Source: Euglena gracilis (Eukaryota). From it: a stretch of DNA of 64,000 nucleotides. A model generated the notes under the pieces. It saw only the letters and a program-made list of their open reading frames with translations, was not told the DNA's origin and searched no databases. This document shows, piece after piece, positions 32,780 to 64,000 of the stretch. The DNA lies in contig CP154954.1 in assembly GCA_039621445.1 (NCBI GenBank), forward strand, positions 21,588,954 to 21,652,953. Reading direction: 5' to 3'. Both the position numbers and the translations under genes were made by a program. Numbering within the stretch: position 1 is the first letter of the stretch; the number at the start of each line of letters is the position of its first letter.

Positions 32780-34925
32780 TAGTGTGTCGTCAAAATTGGT
32801 AATTGGCGTATCTGCTTGTTGAATATAGGGTGGTATATCCTTGATCGCATCAATCTGAAAGGTCTTAACGTTGAATATATGCACGGTGCATATTTATAGT
32901 TCACCCTCCCCGGGGGGGGGGTGCCATGGGCAGGCGGGTGGGTTTTTCGCCCCCCAGGGGGCAGTGGTTTTGCGGAGGGGGCCCCAAACCACCCACCTCT
33001 TCAAAACAAGGGGGGTCTGGGACCCCCTTAGAACAGGAAAAAGTTTTCCAGCGATTCGCGCTTTCGCGCTGGGGAAGGGAAATTTTTCTGGGTATGTTTT
33101 GACCGATTTTTCAAAATAAAAGTGTGCAAAAACGCGCTTTTGGGACTTTCTCAAAGCCCAAAAGTTTTCTGGCACTTTGCTCCGGAAATTTTTTTTGCAC
33201 AAGAGGGGGACTTGGACCGACCCTCCGCGGAGGAGGTGCAGACCCCCCCCCCCCCGGAGGTCGTGTAGGAGGGTTCAAGCTCGAACCTCCTCGGTCGTTT
33301 TTAAGCCCCCCTCAAGGGCGGGGAATTAAAAATCCTCTCAAAGGAGCTTGAACGACATTCGAGGAGTGTCTCGAACCTCCTCGAATGACCTCGCATGCAG
33401 GCATCACGAGGTGGAGATGTTTCAGATGTGCTTTTCCCCTGTTAATGTATCTATCTTTCTTTGTTGAATTCTTGCGTCCTTCTTCACCGGCAGGGTGTAG
33501 AAGAGAGAGACAGAGAGACAGAGAGAGAGAGAGAGAGAGAGCGATAAAGAAAGAGAGAGCGAGCAAGTTACGTTGTTAATTTGAAGGTACAGGGTAAGGT
33601 CAACATGCACACAATAAGAGTTGGCAGATAAAAGGATTTATGGAGCCCTCTGAACAATTGCGTACAAAAAGGCATGGGCGGCAACAAAAGGGAGGTGCAC
33701 ACAGAGCACACCTCACACAAGGGGCTTTTTTTTGCTTCCAAACAATTGTGTCCAAAAGGGATTTGCAGACCTCAAACGGCATTTCAGGAGGGCATCAAGC
33801 CTCCTCGACGAGGAGGAGGTTCGAGACCCTCCTCAAACGGCATGCGAGGAGGTCCACACCCTCCTTGAATGACCTCGAACGTCATTCGAGCAGGGTCGAG
33901 ACCCTCCTCGAGCACATCCAAGGAGGGTCGAAACCCTACCCCCACAGTCCATCCCTTACCGTAACTCTCCCACCCCCCCCCTCCTCCCACTCACCCTAAT
34001 ACGCTAATATGTGCGATCAAGAGTCGCGTAAGCAATGAAAGAATGGGAAGTTTTTCTCCATCAAAGCTGGCATCTCCCTTGGCTGGGCAGCCGGAGTCCT
34101 CGGAGGGGTGGCCTGTCGCTGCTGAGGATCCTGCAGTCCCATCAATGGCAACAAGATGGTCAATCTGCCGGGGTGGCTGTTGGTGAGGGGCAATGGCTGG
34201 CACGTGTTTCTTCCCCTCCATTTGTTGCCAGACCAACCACAGGAGGAGGTATTCCGGCCTGGAATAAACCGGAATGAAACAGAATGAGAAAACCAAAATA
34301 AACCAGAATAAAAATTTTATTTGAATGTTTGAAAATTTCAAAGAAGAAATGAAAGCCAAGGCGAGGCTGCAGCTTTTGTGGACATTATTGGCATTTATTT
34401 CAAATTTTCTCCCAATTTTGAAAAGTTGTTGACAATTTTGGTCAATTTTGGTCAATTTTTGTCAAAAAGCTTTTTGTGTTGTGTGTTATTTTTTTCTTGA
34501 GTTCTTGTGGTTGGTAAACCCTCCTCCCAATAAAAAATACTCCCAAATAATACTCTCCCCCAAATAATTGAATCATGAAACGTCCTATCTTTTCCTGTTT
34601 TGCCTTTATGTTTTGTGGGGGGATCGTTCAACAAGGTCTTTTATTTAAGCCAGAACACAAGGAAACGTCAAAAAGGTGTCCTCTTGTCAGGAAGGTCTCT
34701 CATCATAGGGTGACTGTTTGCACAGGTGAGCACACATAAGCACAGTACTGATAAAATTAGGACGTGACGAGAAGTGCCAGAGAAATCTGTGTTGTACAAA
34801 ATCTCTCTTTCTCATCATGTCACGTTGGAAACAGGCTTCCTTTTAAGGAGGTGCACACATGCTATGGCACTTTCGACCCCTCCCCGGGACTGCGGGATGG
34901 GATCCGGTTTGGGGGTGGGTACCTA

Positions 34926-35080
34926 CCCCCCCCTGGGAAACTGTCATGCCCGAGAACCTGTCAGGGTCCCGCCCGGGAAACTGTCAGGGTCCCCGGTACT
35001 GGCCAACCTGTCAGTATAGGAAGTTGTCAGGGTCCCCGGTACCGGCCAACCTGTCAGGTGACAGTTTCCCGGGGGGGGGG
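34926..35080. mobile_element. TA-flanked MITE (copy at ~18733-18829)
   Basis: TIR C-run-GGGAAACTGTCA / TGACAGTTTCCC-G-run; internal AACCTGTCAGG repeats. Confidence 0.75.
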
Positions 35081-35426
35081 TAGCATTTTAGCACCCCCCC
35101 CCCAAATGGTTCTTTACAGAGAAAGTTGGATGGGCCGGCAGGGCCCCGGGGTCCGAGATCGACACCGCATAGCACAGTGGCCCCCCGGCGATGGTCCGCG
35201 GTCGCCCGCCTCGTTGACGCCGCCCCGCAGCCCCGCCAGCGGCTGCAGCAGTGTGGCCGGACCGGTCTGCCACAGGGCCCTCCCCGGCCCGGTCATGTGT
35301 GGCCGATGAGCGACCCACGGGTGGGGGGGTGTTGCTGGCGGGTCGCCGTCCGGGCCAACGGTGTGCGTGTGCTTTGCTCTGCGGGGACCGACAGAACTGA
35401 AGGACACAGCGGCTTTGCGCCAGAAC

Positions 35427-58450
<23,024 letters not shown>

Positions 58451-60816
58451 CCGTTGCAAAAAGTGTGTCTGACCCCACCTGGGGATGGGTGGCCGAGTGT
58501 TTTTTTCGTGATTGACTGGTTTTTGGAACCCCCCCCCCCCCCGGGGGAGGTAGGTCGGCCAGGATTGACCAAAAGTGGCCACCCTGCACCGAAGGGAAAT
58601 TTTGAACTTGAATTTTTGTGGGTGGGGGCTTTGGCCAAACCGCATGGATTTTGAGTCATTGTCGGCCGTGTGTGGCTAGACCGACCCCTGGGGAGGTGGA
58701 AGTGGGTGAATGGTTTTTTTGTTAGTGGAAGTGGAAGGTGGATCTGTTGGCTCCCCATGCGACTTTCCCCCTTTTTCTGTAACCTTCGTCAGCGTTTTTC
58801 AGCTTTGGGGCGGGGTGGCTGCAGTTTGAGAGACAGGGGCTTCCATCGTGGAAGGGGCTTGGGTAACCCCAAATAATACCCCCCTCAAATGATGCCCCCC
58901 CATGGGGTCCGACTTCGGCCACCGAATTAATGAATTAATACCCCCCCCCCCAATCTTGGGCCGACGACCCGGATTTTGACCTGAAAAATTGATTTCAGAC
59001 CAAGTCCAGCCACCCCCCCCCCCCCTCGCCCCGGAACTGCTCCTCAAGCCGACACCTGGTTGCACAGTCTCGAAATGTCAAAAAATGGGGAAGGTGACCG
59101 CCCACAAAAGCGGTTGGGGAGTTGGCCGGGGCGCTTGGTACCGGCTGGAAGGGTTTGATAGGGAAATTAGCAAAACCCTTCTGGCAAACCGAAAACATCC
59201 CCCTGTTGGAGGTTTTTTTGGACCTGGGGTTTTTGGTTCCGGACCCACCCACCCACCCTCTGGGGGCCTGGGGAGGGAGGCGCTTGGAGGGATGCTTTTG
59301 GGACGCTTTGGGTCAAATTTTGGGTCTAAAATTTTTCGGTGCTTTGCGCCGAAAATAGAGGAAGACCCTGCCTTCGGCAGGGTATCCACTTGGCCGACCC
59401 CGACCGACAGGGGGGGGGGGGGACTCGGCTGGGACCCACCCCCCACCCACCCACCCCGGGTCACGAAAGCTTTAAAAAAAATCTCTGCCCCCTGTGCCTG
59501 TCAACGTTGGGGGAACAACCTTGGGGTATGGAGTTTCAAAGGCTGAATAAGAGAAGCCGTGTCCTCACAGTGTCGAGTCTCACCCCTGTGTTGATTGTCT
59601 CCGGATACTGCTTTGGTGGGGGGTGATGGGCAGTATGCTCTGTTCTTACCCCGGGGGGGGGGGCATTTTCCACTTTCAAAAAGCCAGTCACTTCCTGACC
59701 TCCCCCCCCCCGGTCGGTCAGTCACTCTTGCCACATGGCCGAAAATGGCCAAAAATCAAAGGATTTTGGTCAAAAATTCAAATAATTATAATATCGGCGC
59801 CAGGGGAGCACTTCTGGACAATCCTGGCCGACCTCACCCCCAGCCCGGCGGGGGGGGGGGGGCTCTGGAGCCAAAAAAACCAATCAGGAACCCCTCAGGG
59901 GGGTGGGGTGGGACACACCTTAAGCAATGGTATGCCCCCACCCCTGTGTCCAACCAACACTTAGGTGGCAAAGTGTGGTCCGAATAGACACGGAGTATCT
60001 TTGAATTAATTTGAATTAAAGATAACAATCTCTGACAACAAATTACGGAAAAATCGATTTTTCTGAGTCATCTGGCCTCCAAAAATGCTAAATTTTATGA
60101 GAAAGTACAAAAAAATGACCTCAAAGGGGGGGTTTTGGGTGCTATTTTGGGTCTTACGGGACTTTTGGGAAATATCCCCAAATAATACCCTCCCCCCCCT
60201 CGGGCTGGGACTTCGGGCAAAAAAATAATTAATAATAATACCCGGGGGTATTATTTTTGGGGGGTTTACCCCCTCCCCGGGTGCTTGGCCCCCTCATCCT
60301 TCCATGCAAATTTGGTGCCCCCCCTACAGTTGGCCTTCGGCCCTTTGCACATGGTCGCCAACATGCATTCTTAACATGCAAACTTGGCCCCTGGACTAAC
60401 CTTCAATCATGGCCGGACCAAGCGCCGGGGGGTTACCCCCCCCCCCCCAGGCCACGCTGGCTGCTGAGCCCCCCCGCCCCCCAGGAAACGGTCACTTCTG
60501 TTCCAGACCTTGGCAACTCTCTATCATCGCAGGTTGTCGAATCCTGACAGTGTCCCGGACGGGCTTTTCAACGGAAAGTGAATGAAGTTCGAACCCGACC
60601 GGCTGGCCGGCCACCGCCATGTCCCCCATCCTGCCAGCAGCCTTTCAGTTACCGTTTCCCTCGCTTCCGCCCTCTCAGGGCCCCCCCGTCGACGTTCCCA
60701 CCCCAGCGACAAGGGGGCACCGCCACCGCAGCGGGACGTTGGTTGGCCGTTCGGGGACGGCGCAGCCATCCTGTCCCAAACCAGCGGGCGGGGCGGGGTG
60801 GGTGGGACTCTTGTGC

Positions 60817-61307
60817 CAGGGAATTTCTTAAGCCGGAGGGTACCCAACCCCCGGGGGGGGGTCCAGCCAGCCAGCAGCTCAAATCCAGCCAGCAGCCCAA
60901 ATTCGGGCTGGGAACCCCCCCCCCCGGGGGTCGACTGCAATAAAGTCGGGTCCAGCCCGGCCGGAGGCCGGGCCAGCCGGCCGAAGGCCGGGCCAGCCGG
61001 CCGCAGGCTGGCCAGCCAACTGGGCTGCCCAGCTCACCTATCCCTGCATTTTTTCCCCTCACCACAGTTTCCTCCATCACAGCCCCCAGCCTTGATCTAG
61101 CCCCATCCACCAAAATGTCGAAAATGGCAAAAATGTGTTAGAAAATTTTGTTTTTCACCGACCCAGCCCAGCCCAGCCCCCTCCAGCCCCGGACCCCCCC
61201 CACCCCCCCGGGGGGGGGGGTCCAGCCAGCAGCTCAAATCCAGCCAGCAGCCTTTTTGCCAGCTGGAGGCTGGACCCCCCCCGGGGGGGTCCTTAAGAAA
61301 TTCCCTG
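60817..61307. mobile_element. TIR element
   Basis: Perfect 16-bp TIR CAGGGAATTTCTTAAG; flanks share TGTGC; internal segment similar to 15940-16130. Confidence 0.75.
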
Positions 61308-61668
61308 TGTGCGGTCATTTCAAAGATACTCCGTGTCTATTCGGACCACACCTTGCCACCTAAGTGTTGGTTGGACACAGGGGTGGGGGCATACCATTGC
61401 TTAAGGTGTGTCCCACCCCACCCCCCTGAGGGGTTCCTGATTGGTTTTTTGGCTCCAGAGCCCCCCCCCCCCCCCGCCGGGCTGGGGGTGAGGTCGGCCA
61501 GGATTGTCCAGAAGTGCTCCCCTGGCGCCGAAATTATAATTATTTGAATTTTTGACCAAAATCCTTTGATTTTTGGCCATTTTCGGCCATGTGGCAAGAG
61601 TGATTGACCGACCGGGGGGGGGGAGGTCAGGAAGTGACTGGCTTTTTGAAAGTGGAAAATGCCCCCCC

Positions 61669-62997
61669 TGTGTGCACTGTGGCTGTTGTTTTGGTGCCTT
61701 TTATCCCTTCTTCTGGCCTGGCGCTGTTGTTCGCCTCTGGCTCATTTTGTCTGTGTATGTGGAGGTGGCCGGAGCCTGGCGGGACTTACCTTGTTTACGT
61801 CGCCGGCCACCAAGCGCCCGCCAGGCACATACTCCACTTTAGTTAGGGGGGGTCTCCTTCACCGTGACGACGCACCGGTTACTCCAGTCCACGACCCCAG
61901 CAGGTGTGGTTCCCAACTCAGTGGACAGGTCCACTCAATTGGGAACAAACTCATGGGTAGGTCTGTTCCAGGCCCGGAGGCACCTCCCGGGGCAGCCCTG
62001 TCCCACAAGCACACCCACTTGGAACCCGGTCAGGCACCCCCCCTCCTGGGGGCAAAGGCGAACCTAATTTCAGCTGCCGGGTCCACCCCCCTGGGTCTCC
62101 TTCACCGCTCCCAGCCGGCTACTCTAGTCCACGACCCAGGAAATGGCGTTCATCGGTTTCCAGCACCTCCCAACCTGGTTCGACTCTTCAGGCTATGGGG
62201 AGGCAGGGGACGCGAGAGCCCCTCTTTTGCTGGCGGACACGCCCTTCCGAGCCTCCTTCACTGCAGTTTTTCCGGCCTGCTCGTGCCTGCAGCTACTCTA
62301 GTCCACGGCCCAGGTCTCTCCTCTTTCCTCTCTTGTCTGTATGGTCTGTGTGGGGGTCTACTGCTCCAAGACCCCAAGGGTGGTCATCGGTTTCCAGCAC
62401 CTCCCAACCTGGGTCGACTCTTCAGGCAATGGGGAGGCAGGGGACGCGAGAGCCCCTCTTTTGCTGTCGGACACACCCCTCTGAGCCCAAGTTGCTACAT
62501 TTTTAAGGCCGACTCATGCCTGCAGCAACCTGGGTCCCAGGAAATGCCACGCGAGTGCGTGGCCCCACGGCCGGCGTGGGTGGTCCGGTCCCCCTGTGTG
62601 CACTGTGGCTGTTGTTTTGGTGCCTTTTATCCCTTCTTCTGGCCTGGCGCTGTTGTTCGCCTCTGGCTCATTTTGTCTGTGTATGTGGAGGTGGCCGGAG
62701 CCTGGCGGGACTTACCTTGTTTACGACGCCGGCCACCAAGCGCCCGCCAGGCACATACTCCACTTTAGTTAGGGGGGGTCTCCTTCACCGTGACGACGCA
62801 CCGGTTACTCCAGTCCACGACCCCAGCAGGTGTGGTTCCCAACTCAGTGGACAGGTCCACTCAATTGGGAACAAACTCATGGGTAGGTCTGTTCCAGGCC
62901 CGGAGGCACCTCCCGGGGCAGCCCTGTCCCACAAGCACACCCACTTGGAACCCGGTCAGGCACCCCCCCTCGGGTCAGGCACCCCCCCGGTCAGGCA
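61669..62997 (-). mobile_element. 1.33-kb insertion with two near-identical 368-bp direct repeats (61669-62036, 62595-62962); retro-like
   Basis: Absent from the paralogous site at ~59651; inserted in a C-run; short copies of one end at ~20306 and ~48635-48702. Confidence 0.7.
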
Positions 62998-64000
62998 CCC
63001 CCCGGGGTAAGAACAGAGCATACTGCCCATCACCCCCCACCAAAGCAGTATCCGGAGACAATCAACACAGGGGTGAGACTCGACACTGTGAGGACACGGC
63101 TTCTCTTATTCAGCCTTTGAAACTCCATACCCCAACGTTGACAGGCACAGGGGGCAGAGATTTTTTTTAAAGCTTTCGTGACCCGGGGTGGGTGGGTGGG
63201 GGGTGGGTCCCAGCCGAGTCCCCCCCCCCCTGTCGGTCGGAGTCGGCCAAGTGGATACCCTGCCGAAGGCAGGGTCTTCCTCTATTTTCGGCGCAAAACA
63301 CCGAAAAATTTTAGACCCAAAATTTGACCCAAAGCGTCCCAAAAGCATCCCTCCAAGCGCCTCCCTCCCCAGGCCCCCAGAGGGTGGGTGGGTGGGTCCG
63401 GAACCAAAAACCTCCAACAGGGGGATGTTTTCGGTTTGCCAGAAGGGTTTTGCTAATTTCCCTATCAAACCCTTCCAGCCGGTACCAAGCGCCCTGGCCA
63501 ACTCCCCAACCGCTTTCGTGAGCGGTCACCTACCCCATGTTTTTTGATGTTTCGAGTTTCGACTGACACCCGCAGTTTCTGTACAACCAGGAATCAGCTT
63601 AAGGATTTGCAGTTCCGGGGCAGCGGGGGGGGGGGAGTGGCTGGACTGCAGCCAGTCCAAAAGCATCCAGTGGAATTTTGAGTGTACCACCCCCCTAAGA
63701 GGCGATCTGTTAGCAGCCCCAGTTTGTGAAAATTTTCAAGTGACCAGCACAGAGCACTGGAAAAATTTTCCTGCCACGCAAAAAACCTGGAAGGAACCTG
63801 CCAGAAATGTCTGTTTTTTTTGCATTTTTTGAATTTTTGGGAACAAAACCCAGAAAATACCGTGTTAAAACCCTCATTTCCACATCGGCGCGCAGCGCCA
63901 AAGAGAATTTTTTTCCCAGTCAGGGGGACCCCAGGACCCTCCCCTCGGGGAGAGGGGGGTCCTGGGGTCCCCCTCGGTTTTTTTCCATCTGGTGACTTTA

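Larger units (their letters stand above)
59005..63645. repeat. ~1-kb inverted duplication: 59005-60005 vs 61319-61668 + 62998-63645
   Basis: Direct reverse-complement identity; ORF track shows mirrored peptides. Confidence 0.85.

Noticed and set aside
61659-62768. 369-aa ORF in the direct-repeat element
   Set aside because: No RT, gag or integrase motifs recognised; it spans internal repeats with a frame-shifted duplicate.

Overview
Eukaryotic, repeat-rich, intron-dense DNA. The intron architecture points to a euglenid (Euglena-like) nuclear genome; this is inferred, not proven. Bases ~535-25942 (+) carry a gene broken into more than 25 small GC-rich exons. It encodes an N-terminal response-regulator receiver domain and a C-terminal PP2C/PPM phosphatase-like domain that appears to lack metal-binding Asp residues. 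Most resolvable introns are not GT-AG. Their ends base-pair, with CAG-like at +4..+6 and CTG-like at -8..-6, and they are mixed with a few GT/GC-AG introns. Main observation: the 3 nt before the stem plus the 5 nt after it equal exactly one 8-bp target-site duplication (TSD). The youngest intron (14348-14741) is an intact TIR element with a perfect 8-bp TSD. Many free CAG...CTG MITEs with perfect 8-bp TSDs, and two decayed hAT-like transposase elements, occur in the same window. Together these suggest hAT/MITE insertions that are removed precisely as nonconventional introns. The rest of the window holds TA-flanked MITEs, an element carrying telomere-like repeats, a G-run-associated retro-like repeat, a ~1 kb inverted duplication, microsatellites and scattered exon candidates of a possible second gene. 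All alignments were done by eye.
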